In this document: positions 49,765 to 59,292 of the stretch, piece after piece | Numbering within the stretch: position 1 is the stretch's first letter | Layout of the letters: every line of letters starts with the position of its first letter | DNA from: Vicinamibacteria bacterium | Lineage (GTDB): Bacteria; Acidobacteriota; Vicinamibacteria; Vicinamibacterales; UBA8438 | Assembly (NCBI GenBank): GCA_963579735.1 | Contig: CAUZIB010000001.1 | Span: 65,492 to 129,491, forward strand | Direction: 5' to 3' | Length of the DNA stretch: 64,000 bases | Notes under the pieces: model-generated | What the model saw: only the letters and a program-made list of their open reading frames with translations | The model's database searches: none | What the model was told of the DNA's origin: nothing | Position numbers and translations under genes: made by a program

Positions 49765-52185
49765 ATGAGAATACGAGCGACGACGGTCGCCATCCTTCTG
49801 GCCTTTTCCGTTACGGCCACAGGACAGAGCTCGCCGCCTCCGGCGGACGAGACGGCGAGGCACCAGGCGTTGACGGACGTGGTCCGCACCTACTGCCAAG
49901 GTTGCCACAACGACCGGATGCTCACCGGGAATCTGTCGCTCGAGGACTTTGACGTGTCCTTGGCGGCCCACGGCCCAGAGGCCACCGCCCGCACCGAGAA
50001 GGTGATTCGCAAGTTGCGAGCGAACATGATGCCCCCTCCCGGGGTGAGACGACCCGACGCCGAGACCCTGAACGAGCTGGTGGGAACGCTCGAGTCCGTG
50101 GTCGACAGCGAAGCGGCCGCCGACCCCAACCCCGGATGGCGCACGTTTCAGCGGCTCAACCAGCACGAATACGCCCAAGCCGTACGTCAATTGGTCGCGC
50201 TGGACATCGACGCGGCTGACTATCTTCCGCTCGACACGATGAGCGCCAACTTCGACAACATCGCGGATGTGCAACTGCTGTCGGCCACCCTGATCGATGG
50301 ATATCTCAAGGCGGCGGCGGAGGTCAGCCTGCTTGCGATTGGTAATCCGGATGCAGCGCCAAAACAAACAACCTATTCAAAATCGCGCGCCTATTCGCAA
50401 TGGGACCGCGTCGATGGCGCTCCCTACGGGACCCGGGGAGGGTTCTCGGTCGTCCACAACTTCCCCGCCGATGGAAGCTATCGCTTCAAGATGGACTTCC
50501 AGCACACGACGACCGGCGGACTGAGCGGCTCGACGATCAGAAACGAGCAGATTGAGATCTCCATTGATGGCGTGCCCATGGCCGTGCTTGACATGGACCA
50601 GTGGCTGCGGACCTCAGACCCGAATGGGGTCACGCTGGAGGTTGAGGACTCCATTTTTATTCATGCGGGGCCGCAACGGGTATCAGCGGTCTTTCTACAA
50701 CAGTTTGAAGGCCCCGTCGAAGATGTGCTGGCACCACACGAGTGGTCGATCGTCGACACGGAGATCGGCGACCTCGGATACGGCGTCACGGCATTGCCTC
50801 ACATGCGTGACTTGACGATTGACGGCCCCTACGACGTCACCGGGGTCTCGGAAACGCCAAGCCGACGTGCCATCTTTACATGCCGCCCGACCTCGGCCGA
50901 AAATGCCCGGCCGTGCGCCGAGTCCATCGTGACGACGCTCGCGACCAACGCCTATCGGCGTCGGCTCGGCGCGGACGATGTCGACGACCTTCTGCGGTTC
51001 TACGACGACGGCGCCGCTCGAGGCGGCTTTGAAGAGGGGATCAGGACGGCCCTCCAGGCCACGCTGGCCAGTCCGGACTTTATCTTCCGCCTGGAGCGTC
51101 CTCCCGCCACCGCGACCGCCTCTGGCAGCTACGCCGTGGACGACGCGTCACTCGCATCGCGGCTCGCGTTTTTTCTCTGGGGCGCGCCACCCGACGCCGA
51201 GCTCATCGCACTGGCCAGTACCGGACAGCTATCCGACCTCAGCGTGCTAGAAGCGCAAGCCCGGCGGATGCTTGCCGACCCTCGGTCGGAAACGCTGGGC
51301 ACCCGTTTTGCGGCCCTGTGGCTGCGGCTACAGGACATGGACCAGGTCCAGCCGGACGCCTTTTGGTTTCCAAACTTCGACCGACAGCTCGCCGATGCCA
51401 TGCGGCGCGAAACGGAGCTTCTGTTCAACCATCTCGTGCGAGAAGATCGCAGCCTCCTCGAACTCTTCGGGGCGGACTACACCTTTGTCAACGAGCGTTT
51501 GGCGCGGCACTATGGAATACCAAACGTGGCAGGTCCCGACTTTCGGCAGGTCACACACGCGACCAGTCGCCGACAGGGTCTCCTCGGTCACGGCAGTGTG
51601 CTGCTCCTCACCTCGCTCGCAAATCGAACGTCACCTGTGCTCCGCGGAAAGTGGATTCTAGAGGTCCTGCTGGGCACGCCGCCGCCGCCGCCGCCGCCCG
51701 CGATACCCGACCTGGATGAAACCGCCAGTGTCAAGGACGGGCGCCCGTTGACGACCCGCGAGCGTATGGAGCTACACCGGACCAACCCGACGTGCAGCGC
51801 GTGTCATCGGTTTATGGACCCGCTGGGCTTAGCGCTCGACAACTTTGATGTCGTGGGCAAGTGGCGGATCCGAGAAAACGGGATGCCCCTGGATACACGG
51901 GGTGAGATGTGGGACGGAACGAAAGTCGATAGCCCGCAGGGTCTTCGCTCGGCCCTGCTCGCGATGCGGGTGCCGCTCGTCCGACATTTCATCGAAAACC
52001 TCATGTCGTATGCCGTGGGACGCCGCGTCGAGTACTACGATATGCCGACGGTCCGTGCCATTGCTCGTGAGGCCGAATCCGATGAATACCGGATGTCGGC
52101 TTTCATTCTCGGTGTCGTCAAAAGCGCCGCGTTTCGGATGCAGCGACCTGCAGCGAATGCGACTGAAGCAGTAGAAGGCTTATAG
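49765..52185 (+). CDS. DUF1592/DUF1587/DUF1588/DUF1585-type protein with two CxxCH motifs
   Basis: 806 aa with a signal peptide. N-terminal YCQGCHNDRMLTGNLSLEDFD. C-terminal GTPPPPPPPAIPDL...NPTCSACHRFMDPLGLALDNFDVVGKWR. This is the classic partner of DUF1552. Confidence 0.85.
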   Translation: MRIRATTVAILLAFSVTATGQSSPPPADETARHQALTDVVRTYCQGCHNDRMLTGNLSLEDFDVSLAAHGPEATARTEKVIRKLRANMMPPPGVRRPDAETLNELVGTLESVVDSEAAADPNPGWRTFQRLNQHEYAQAVRQLVALDIDAADYLPLDTMSANFDNIADVQLLSATLIDGYLKAAAEVSLLAIGNPDAAPKQTTYSKSRAYSQWDRVDGAPYGTRGGFSVVHNFPADGSYRFKMDFQHTTTGGLSGSTIRNEQIEISIDGVPMAVLDMDQWLRTSDPNGVTLEVEDSIFIHAGPQRVSAVFLQQFEGPVEDVLAPHEWSIVDTEIGDLGYGVTALPHMRDLTIDGPYDVTGVSETPSRRAIFTCRPTSAENARPCAESIVTTLATNAYRRRLGADDVDDLLRFYDDGAARGGFEEGIRTALQATLASPDFIFRLERPPATATASGSYAVDDASLASRLAFFLWGAPPDAELIALASTGQLSDLSVLEAQARRMLADPRSETLGTRFAALWLRLQDMDQVQPDAFWFPNFDRQLADAMRRETELLFNHLVREDRSLLELFGADYTFVNERLARHYGIPNVAGPDFRQVTHATSRRQGLLGHGSVLLLTSLANRTSPVLRGKWILEVLLGTPPPPPPPAIPDLDETASVKDGRPLTTRERMELHRTNPTCSACHRFMDPLGLALDNFDVVGKWRIRENGMPLDTRGEMWDGTKVDSPQGLRSALLAMRVPLVRHFIENLMSYAVGRRVEYYDMPTVRAIAREAESDEYRMSAFILGVVKSAAFRMQRPAANATEAVEGL

Positions 52186-52201
52186 AGGGAGACCGAACCC
52201 A

Positions 52202-53590
52202 ATGTTTATTACCGGAAAACGTATTCCCCGACGAACCTTTCTGCGAGACGTCGGCGCGGCGTCGCTAGCACTGCCGTTCCTTGATGCGATGCATCCGGCA
52301 GGAAGGGTCTCGGCCGCGGTTGCCGCTGAGCTCGACCCAACCCGTCTCCTCTGTCTCGAAATGGTCCATGGAGCCGCCGGTAGCAATGCCTGGGGTGCCA
52401 CCCAGCATCTGTGGAGCCCCGCGACGGCCGGTCGTGATTTCGACCTCGGCCCGGGTTCGCTCAGCGCCCTGGAGCCCTATCGGGACCACCTGACGATCAT
52501 CAGCAATACGGACGTCGGCATGGCCGAGGCATTCGCTCCGCCCGAGATCGGCGGTGACCACTTCCGAACCAGCTCGGTGTTTCTGACCCAGTCTCATCCA
52601 AAACAGACCCAGGGTTCGGACGTGTTTGCCGGGACATCACTTGATCAGGCCCATGCCCGCCGGTTCGGGCAGGACACCCCGGTCCCCTCGATGCAGCTGT
52701 GCATCGAAAACGTGGACCAGGCGGGTGGGTGCGCCTACGGTTACACATGCGTGTATACGGATTCGATCAGCTGGGCTTCGCCCACCGAGCCGCTGCCGGT
52801 GACCCGGTCTCCTCGTGTCGCCTTTGAGCAGCTCTTTGGAGTTGGGGGATCGGCCGAGGAACGCGCGGCACGGCGGAATACCGACAGCAGTATTCTCGAC
52901 TGGATGACAAAGCGGGTCGCGGATTTGCAGCGAGAGCTCGGAGCGACCGACCGGCAGCGTATGGAGCGCTATCTGACAAATATCCGTGAGATCGAACGTC
53001 GTATCCAGCGGGTAGAGGAACGGAACCAAGGCGGCGAGGAACGCGAGCTCCCCGAAGCACCGGCCGGTGTCCCAGATTCGTTCGACGAGCACGTAAAGCT
53101 GATGTTTGACGTCCAGGCGCTGGCGCTACAGGCAGATGTGACCAGGGTCTTTTCGTTCAAGATGGGCCGCGACGCGTCAGGGCGGGTCTTCCCTCTCAGC
53201 GGTTCAGATCGGCCGTTTCATTCGGCCTCCCACCACGGTGGCAATGAAGACGCGATCACAGAGTTCAGTCGTATCAACCGCTATCACGTCAGTCTACTGC
53301 CGTATCTGGTCGACGCGCTCTCCAGCATCGACGAGGGCGACGCCACCTTGCTTGACAAGAGCGTGATCTTGTATGGGTCGGGGATGGGCGACCCCAACCT
53401 GCACAACCACAAGCGGTGTCCACTGCTGTTGATCGGCCATGCCAACGGTCGACTGGCGGGCGGTCATCACATCATGGCCCCTGACGGGACACCCATGGCA
53501 AACGCCATGCTGAGTGTCCTGCATGCGTTGGGTCACGATGATCTGACAGGCTTTGGTGACAGCACCGGGGCACTCTCTCTCAACGCGTGA
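52202..53590 (+). CDS. DUF1552 domain protein with Tat-like signal
   Basis: MFITGKRIPRRTFLRDVGAASLALPFLDAM. 462 aa. It starts 16 nt after the DUF1592 stop, with GGGAGA upstream. Confidence 0.85.
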   Translation: MFITGKRIPRRTFLRDVGAASLALPFLDAMHPAGRVSAAVAAELDPTRLLCLEMVHGAAGSNAWGATQHLWSPATAGRDFDLGPGSLSALEPYRDHLTIISNTDVGMAEAFAPPEIGGDHFRTSSVFLTQSHPKQTQGSDVFAGTSLDQAHARRFGQDTPVPSMQLCIENVDQAGGCAYGYTCVYTDSISWASPTEPLPVTRSPRVAFEQLFGVGGSAEERAARRNTDSSILDWMTKRVADLQRELGATDRQRMERYLTNIREIERRIQRVEERNQGGEERELPEAPAGVPDSFDEHVKLMFDVQALALQADVTRVFSFKMGRDASGRVFPLSGSDRPFHSASHHGGNEDAITEFSRINRYHVSLLPYLVDALSSIDEGDATLLDKSVILYGSGMGDPNLHNHKRCPLLLIGHANGRLAGGHHIMAPDGTPMANAMLSVLHALGHDDLTGFGDSTGALSLNA

Positions 53591-53597
53591 GGCCATT

Positions 53598-55412
53598 GTG
53601 AGGACTGGAACGACAACACGGCGGGTGGTCGGGCGCGGTGTGCTTGGCACGGTTGCGACCCTATTCATCGGATTCGCAGCGCTATCCGGAATGGCGGCCG
53701 CGCCGCCCGATGCGCCCGTGGCGGACGCCGCGATGCATCGTGATGGAGAGTCGGTCCGCGCATTGCTCGGGCAAGGCGCAGATGTACAGACGGCTCACCC
53801 TGATGGCATGACGGCCTTGCACTGGGCCGCACGCCATAGCGATGCCGACCTCGCGCAAGCACTGGTGTTTGCTGGAGCCAATCTGGATGCGGTGACGCGC
53901 CGAGGTCATCACACCCCGCTTCACGTCGCCGCCCGGACCGGAACCGCCGCCGTGGTGACCGCACTCCTCGAAGCTGGTAGCGACCATCGTGCCGCCTCGA
54001 CCACCGGTGCGACCCCGCTCCACCTCGCGGCCCAGGCGGGCAATGCCCAGGCCGTGGCCGCCCTACTCAATCATGGGGCCGACCTGAACGCTCTCGAATC
54101 GACGTGGGGGCAGACGCCACTGATGTTCGCCTCGGCGGCGAACCGTGTCGCCGCTGTGCGCGTCCTGATGGAGCGGGGTGCAGACCTCGAGGTCACGACG
54201 CGGGTCGTTGACCTCACGGAAGCCGACGCGCTCGACCGCGCAGCGGCGCGACGGCGGCAACAAGTGCTTGACGAATTCAGGGCCGCAGCTCCCGCCCACG
54301 AGCAAGACGCGTGGCGGCCGAACGCGAGCGAAGTGCAGACCGCGATACGAGCGGCGCGGGAAATACAAGCATTTCCAGACATCGCGGAACGGCTCGGTGA
54401 CGATGGAAAGCCAGCCTATCGGGGCACACCGCGTTCGTATACCGAGCGCGTCGGAAAGATGGGCGGCATGACCGCGCTGCTACATGCCGCCAGGCAAGGC
54501 CACGCCGAAGTCGCGATGGAACTCGTATCGGCGGGCGCGGACATCGACCACGCTACCGGCGATCTCACAAGTCCGTTGCAGATCGCGACCATGAACGGTC
54601 ATTTCGATCTGGCGTTGCGGCTACTCGCGCGGGGTGCCGACCCAAACATCGCGACCGACGCCGGGGCCACCCCGCTTTTCGCGGCACTCAACCTACAGTG
54701 GGCGCCACGGGCGCGATATCCGCAGCCACGGGCCCATGACCAGCAAGACGCGACCTACCTCGATGTGATGACGGCGATGCTCAAAGCGGGCGCCGATCCC
54801 AACGTCCGGCTCAAAAAACATCTGTGGTATATGTCGTTCAATCACTGCTGCTCCGAGAGCGTGGATGGGGCCACCCCGTTTTGGCGCGCGGCGTATGCCA
54901 CTGACGTCCCCGCGATGCGGCTCCTGAGCGGGTATGGCGCGGACCCGACAATCGCGACCCGAGTACCCGCGCCACGCACCGACCGTGAAGTGTCCACCGA
55001 GCCGGATCCGTCCGGGCTTCCGCCCGTGGAAACCGGGGGACCGGCGGTGTTCCCGATCCACGCGGCGTCCGGCGTCGGCTACGGCGAGGGCTTCGAGTCG
55101 AACGCTCATCGTCACGCCCCAGACGGATGGCTGCCGTCCATCAAATATCTCATTGAAGAGCTCGGGATGGACATCAACACCCGCGACCACAACGGATACA
55201 CGGCGGTTCACCACGCCGCGTCGCGCGGTGACTCAGTAGCCGTCGAGTATCTCGTGGCTCAGGGTGCCGACGTCCTGGTGATAAGCCGACGGGGGCAAAC
55301 GACGGCAGACATGGCGAACGGCCCCTATCAGCGCACTCTGCCGTTCCCCGAAACCATCGCATTACTCGAAAGCCTTGGCGCAACCAACAACCACAACTGC
55401 GTTTCCTGCTAG
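53598..55412 (+). CDS. exported/membrane-anchored ankyrin-repeat protein
   Basis: GTG at 53598, 7 nt after the DUF1552 stop. Hydrophobic N-terminus (VLGTVATLFIGFAALSGMAAA). Many ANK units (MTALHWAARHSDADLAQALVFAGANLDA; TPLHVAARTGTAAVVTALLEAGSD; ...). Confidence 0.8.
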   Translation: MRTGTTTRRVVGRGVLGTVATLFIGFAALSGMAAAPPDAPVADAAMHRDGESVRALLGQGADVQTAHPDGMTALHWAARHSDADLAQALVFAGANLDAVTRRGHHTPLHVAARTGTAAVVTALLEAGSDHRAASTTGATPLHLAAQAGNAQAVAALLNHGADLNALESTWGQTPLMFASAANRVAAVRVLMERGADLEVTTRVVDLTEADALDRAAARRRQQVLDEFRAAAPAHEQDAWRPNASEVQTAIRAAREIQAFPDIAERLGDDGKPAYRGTPRSYTERVGKMGGMTALLHAARQGHAEVAMELVSAGADIDHATGDLTSPLQIATMNGHFDLALRLLARGADPNIATDAGATPLFAALNLQWAPRARYPQPRAHDQQDATYLDVMTAMLKAGADPNVRLKKHLWYMSFNHCCSESVDGATPFWRAAYATDVPAMRLLSGYGADPTIATRVPAPRTDREVSTEPDPSGLPPVETGGPAVFPIHAASGVGYGEGFESNAHRHAPDGWLPSIKYLIEELGMDINTRDHNGYTAVHHAASRGDSVAVEYLVAQGADVLVISRRGQTTADMANGPYQRTLPFPETIALLESLGATNNHNCVSC

Positions 55413-55473
55413 TGTCCCCGATCAGTGATTCGTTACATAGGTCGCGGGCGCGCCGCTGAGTGACGAGACGCCG

Positions 55474-56835
55474 TCAGTAGTCCTCGGCGGCGAGGGAGAC
55501 GCGGATCACGGCCTCGTCGTTCCGCACAACAATGTGCCGGTTTGCAAACGCGGGGTGGACCCACTGAACGGGCCGGTCGCCCCAACGACCGGTCGCGCCG
55601 CCACGAGTTTGGGTTGTCCTTTCGATCAACGGCGTTCGGTCGATTTCGACATACCCGGCAGGCGTAAACTCTGCGATCACCAGGTCGCCGTCCTCGCTGC
55701 TGACAAACAATTGGTCGCGGGCCGGATGGCTCACGATATACGCGGTCGACCACCGCTCCTGCGGAGTCAGCTCCGCACTCTCCCAAAGACGCTCACCGGT
55801 TCTCGCGTCAAGGCCCCGGAGCTCACCATAGCTCCCTATCCCGTAGACCTGGTCGCCAAGAATGGTCGGGGTCGAGATGATCGCGTGCAGTCCTTCGGTT
55901 TGGTCGGGTAGCTCGCTCCGGCTCTGGCCACGCCAGAGCATTTGAGCATCGGGCCGGTCGTTGTTGAGTGACATCATCATGGACCCGTTGAAGAAATGGC
56001 TGACCAGCAAATAGGAACCACTCCAGACCGGCGTCGCGATTGCCATTCCTCCGCCGATGGCCCAGTCCTGATTCCAGTAGACGTCGCCAGTTTCAGGATC
56101 GAGAGAGGTCAGAGCGACCGCGTGCCAGACGATGAGCTGTCTCCTCCCGCCCGCTTCGATCACGATTGGTTGAGAGTATCCAGTCTCCGCTGTCGCCGGG
56201 AGCGCTCGCCAGACCTCTTCGCCCGTGGTCTTGTCAAAGGCCACAATGAGGGCATCGGGTTCACCACCGATAAGCGCGATCAACCGGTCGCCCTCGACCA
56301 GCGGCGCATTTGACATTCCAAAGACCGGCACCGTGGCACCGTAGTCGACCACCGTGTCGACACCCCAGGCAAGGTTCCCGGTCGCGGTATCGAGGCTCAG
56401 GAGCATCCCTCCGGCGCCCAACACAAAGACGCGGTCTCCATCGACGGTCGGTGTCGCCCGAGGACCGTTTGCAAACCTGCTCACGATGTTCCGATAGGTC
56501 GTCGGCCACTGCTGGGTCCACAGAATGTCACCTGTCTCCTCGTCGAGACACACGAGACGCTCGGTGCCATCCATAGTGCGGCTACCGGGGGTCTCTTCGT
56601 AGTCCAGCACGAAGACCCGGCCATCCGCCACGGCGGGTCCCGCGAATCCGCCGCCCACCGGCACCCGCCACACGGTATGCAGACCGCCCTCTGGAAAGCG
56701 CTCGACAATGCCAGACTCAGTCCAAATACCGAGCCGGTCGGGACCACGCCACTGAGGCCAATCCTCGGCCCGGAGACCAACCCCAACCACGACGATGAGC
56801 CCCAGCGCGAGAATGGACGGCATACGGAGATTCAT
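55474..56835 (-). CDS. PQQ-like (BamB-type) beta-propeller protein, secreted (paralog A)
   Basis: 453 aa. Signal followed by AEDWPQWRGPDRLGIWTESGIV...GPAVADGRVFVLD. Collinear with 57847-59196. Confidence 0.8.
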   Translation of the reverse strand: MNLRMPSILALGLIVVVGVGLRAEDWPQWRGPDRLGIWTESGIVERFPEGGLHTVWRVPVGGGFAGPAVADGRVFVLDYEETPGSRTMDGTERLVCLDEETGDILWTQQWPTTYRNIVSRFANGPRATPTVDGDRVFVLGAGGMLLSLDTATGNLAWGVDTVVDYGATVPVFGMSNAPLVEGDRLIALIGGEPDALIVAFDKTTGEEVWRALPATAETGYSQPIVIEAGGRRQLIVWHAVALTSLDPETGDVYWNQDWAIGGGMAIATPVWSGSYLLVSHFFNGSMMMSLNNDRPDAQMLWRGQSRSELPDQTEGLHAIISTPTILGDQVYGIGSYGELRGLDARTGERLWESAELTPQERWSTAYIVSHPARDQLFVSSEDGDLVIAEFTPAGYVEIDRTPLIERTTQTRGGATGRWGDRPVQWVHPAFANRHIVVRNDEAVIRVSLAAEDY

Positions 56836-56961
56836 GACGAGACGATACTACGACGCGTCGTTTGTGACCGACGTCAGGGACCGCGACAGGCATCGTCACC
56901 GGTGGATGACTATCGTGAGGCCGAAGATGACTTCAGGCACCGGCCATCGTAGACTCGCCAC

Positions 56962-57831
56962 GTGAAGCGCCCCTCGCTTCTGCCGATCCTCGCTGTCAAC
57001 TTCATCGGCACCCTCGGCTTTAATATCGTCCTGCCGTTTCTCGTTTTTCTTGTCACCGACTGGGGTGGTAACGCCTTCATCTACGGTCTGACTGGCTCAA
57101 CCTACTCCGTCTTCTAGCTGATCGGCGCACCACTCCTGGGTCGGTGGTCCGACCGTGTGGGACGACGACGGATTCTGCTGCTGAGTTAGGCAGGTACGCT
57201 CTTCTCGTGGCTGGTGTTTCTCACCGCATTCGCGTTGCCCCGCACAACACTGTTTGGTGGGGAGTCGGCCCTGACGGGCTCGGTCGCCCTGACTCTTCCC
57301 CTGGTCGTACTCGTCGTCGCCCGAGCGCTCGATGGGCTCACCGGTGGCAATGTCTCGGTCGCCAGCGCGTATCTGGCGGACATCAGCACTAACGAGACGC
57401 GGGCCGAAAATTTTGGAAGGCTGGCCGGCTCTTCAAATCTGGGTTTTGTCGCCGGGCCGGCCATCGCGGGCGGGAGTATGGCGCTGGCGGCCGGCTTCTG
57501 GCTCTACCAATCGACCGGCACGGCCCTACTCTATCTGGCGGCCGTGCTGATGGCCGTGGGGAACGGTCTGATGTGGCCCTCTCTACAAGCCGCGCTGGCG
57601 CGAATTTCCGGAAAAACCTATCAGGGCGCCGTCCAGGGTCTGGCTGGAAGCCTGGGCGCTGTGGCCAGCATCGCCGGCTTGGTGGTCGGCGGCGTCCTCT
57701 ACGCCAGCGTCGGCGCCGGTGTCTTTCAACTCTCGACCGCGATCATCGTCGCGGTCAGCGTCTTGAGTCTGGCGCTGCCCCGTGACGAGAGGTCCGGGTC
57801 AGTCTCGTCGAGTGTCGAGAAGAAAAGTTAA
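56962..57831 (+). pseudogene. MFS (Tet/drug-H+ antiporter-like) transporter with two in-frame TAG codons and an internal deletion
   Basis: A single frame from the GTG at 56962 reads VKRPSLLPILAVNFIGTLGFNIVLPFL..TYSVF(TAG 57115-57117)LIGAPLLGRWSDRVGRRRILLLS(TAG 57187-57189)AGTLFSW... It has motif A (GRWSDRVGRR) and ...DGLTGGNVSVASAYLADIS. Only ~290 codons remain, against ~400 for a 12-TM MFS. Confidence 0.7.
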
Positions 57832-57846
57832 CCCTGCGGCGATGCA

Positions 57847-59196
57847 CTAGTAATCAGCCGCGTCGAGTGAGGCGCGAATGATTTCGTTGTCGTTGCGGTG
57901 AAAGATGTGTCGATTGGCATACGCCGGATGCGACCAATTGACCATCCGTTCGAAGCGCCGTCGCGGCCCGAATGCGGAGTTACTGGTCGGCTCGATCAAT
58001 CTGGTCCGACCAAGCTCGACATACCCGTCGGGCGTGAACTGCGCCATGATCAGGTATCCATCGTCGTTGTTGACAAAGAAACGATCACCGTTCTGCACCA
58101 TGTAGGCGGTGCCCCAGCGAGCCTGGGCGGTCATCTGATCGCTCATCCAAAGCCGCTCACCGGTCCGGGCGTCGAGGCCGCGGAGCTCGCCATAGCTCCC
58201 GACCCCATAGACGTGGTCATCCAGAATGATTGGGGTCGTGATCATGGCATGGAGACCGTCCGTCTCCTCGGGCATTTCACTATTGCTCGAACCCCGCCAG
58301 AGCATCGTGGCCGACGGCTGATCTTGACTGAGCTGCATCATCATCGACCCGTTGTAAAACTGGCTCACGAGGAGATACTCATCCTGCCGGACTGGAGTCG
58401 CGACCGACATCCCGGCCCCCGCTTCCCACACCTCTTCCCAATAGACTTCGCCAGTCTCGGGGTCGAGCGAGGTCAGCGCCGCCGCGTGCCAGACGATCAG
58501 TTGTCGAGTGCCGCCCGCTTCGATGATGAGCGGCTGTCCGTAACCCATCTCACCGACGACATTCACCGCTCGCCAGATTTCCTCACCGGTGTGCTTGTCA
58601 AACGCTACCACCAGCGCCCCGGGCTCACCGCCCACCACCGCAATCAATCGATCACCATCAACGATCGGAGCGCTGGCGATTCCCCAGGTCGGCACGAAGG
58701 AGTCGTATTCGGACCGATAGTCGTGTTGCCACATCAGGTCGCCGGTCGCGGCCTCCAGGCACAGCAGCACTCCCGAGGCCCCAACGACGTAGACCCGGTC
58801 GTCATCAACGGTTGGAGTGGCGCGGGGCCCGAGGGCATAGGAAATCATCAGCATGCGATAGGTGGTATCCCACTCGTGGATCCACAGCACGTCGCCGGTC
58901 TCCTCGTCGATGGCCAACGCGCGTTCTGTGCCGTCCATCGTGCGAGATTCGGGGTCCTCTTGCCAATCGGTGACAAATACGCGACCGTCCGCCACCGCGG
59001 GTCCCGAATACCCTGACCGAATCGGGACACGCCACGAGATGGCCAACTCGTCGGGAAGCTCCTCGACGATCCCGGTCTCATTCCACACGCCTATCCGGTC
59101 GGGCCCTCGCCACTGTGTCCAGTCTTCAGCTAAAAGTGGCGCGCTCAGAAGGGCCAGAACTCCGGTGACGACGGTGAACGTGCGATGTACCTGCAT
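57847..59196 (-). CDS. PQQ-like (BamB-type) beta-propeller protein, secreted (paralog B)
   Basis: The ATG at 59196 gives MQVHRTFTVVTGVLALLSAPLLAEDWTQWRGPDRIGVWNETGIV...GPAVADGRVFVTD. Confidence 0.8.
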   Translation of the reverse strand: MQVHRTFTVVTGVLALLSAPLLAEDWTQWRGPDRIGVWNETGIVEELPDELAISWRVPIRSGYSGPAVADGRVFVTDWQEDPESRTMDGTERALAIDEETGDVLWIHEWDTTYRMLMISYALGPRATPTVDDDRVYVVGASGVLLCLEAATGDLMWQHDYRSEYDSFVPTWGIASAPIVDGDRLIAVVGGEPGALVVAFDKHTGEEIWRAVNVVGEMGYGQPLIIEAGGTRQLIVWHAAALTSLDPETGEVYWEEVWEAGAGMSVATPVRQDEYLLVSQFYNGSMMMQLSQDQPSATMLWRGSSNSEMPEETDGLHAMITTPIILDDHVYGVGSYGELRGLDARTGERLWMSDQMTAQARWGTAYMVQNGDRFFVNNDDGYLIMAQFTPDGYVELGRTRLIEPTSNSAFGPRRRFERMVNWSHPAYANRHIFHRNDNEIIRASLDAADY

Positions 59197-59292
59197 GCGG
59201 TGACTCCTCGAAGAAAATAGCGAATGCTCATTAGAACACAGACCCGCGGGCGACAACCGTCGGGACGAGGGTGAGTTGAGAGGTATATTTAA

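Noticed and set aside
51677-51699. (CCG)n trinucleotide run.
   Set aside because: It is in frame and encodes the poly-Pro linker (GTPPPPPPPAIPDL) that DUF1592-type proteins commonly have before the DUF1588/1585 region. There is no sign of frame disruption.
57115-57189. Two in-frame TAG codons in the MFS gene as possible pyrrolysine or read-through codons.
   Set aside because: The first sits at a conserved Gln position (one transition from CAG). The gene also lacks about 110 codons. Nothing in the window suggests Pyl machinery. Pseudogene is the parsimonious call.
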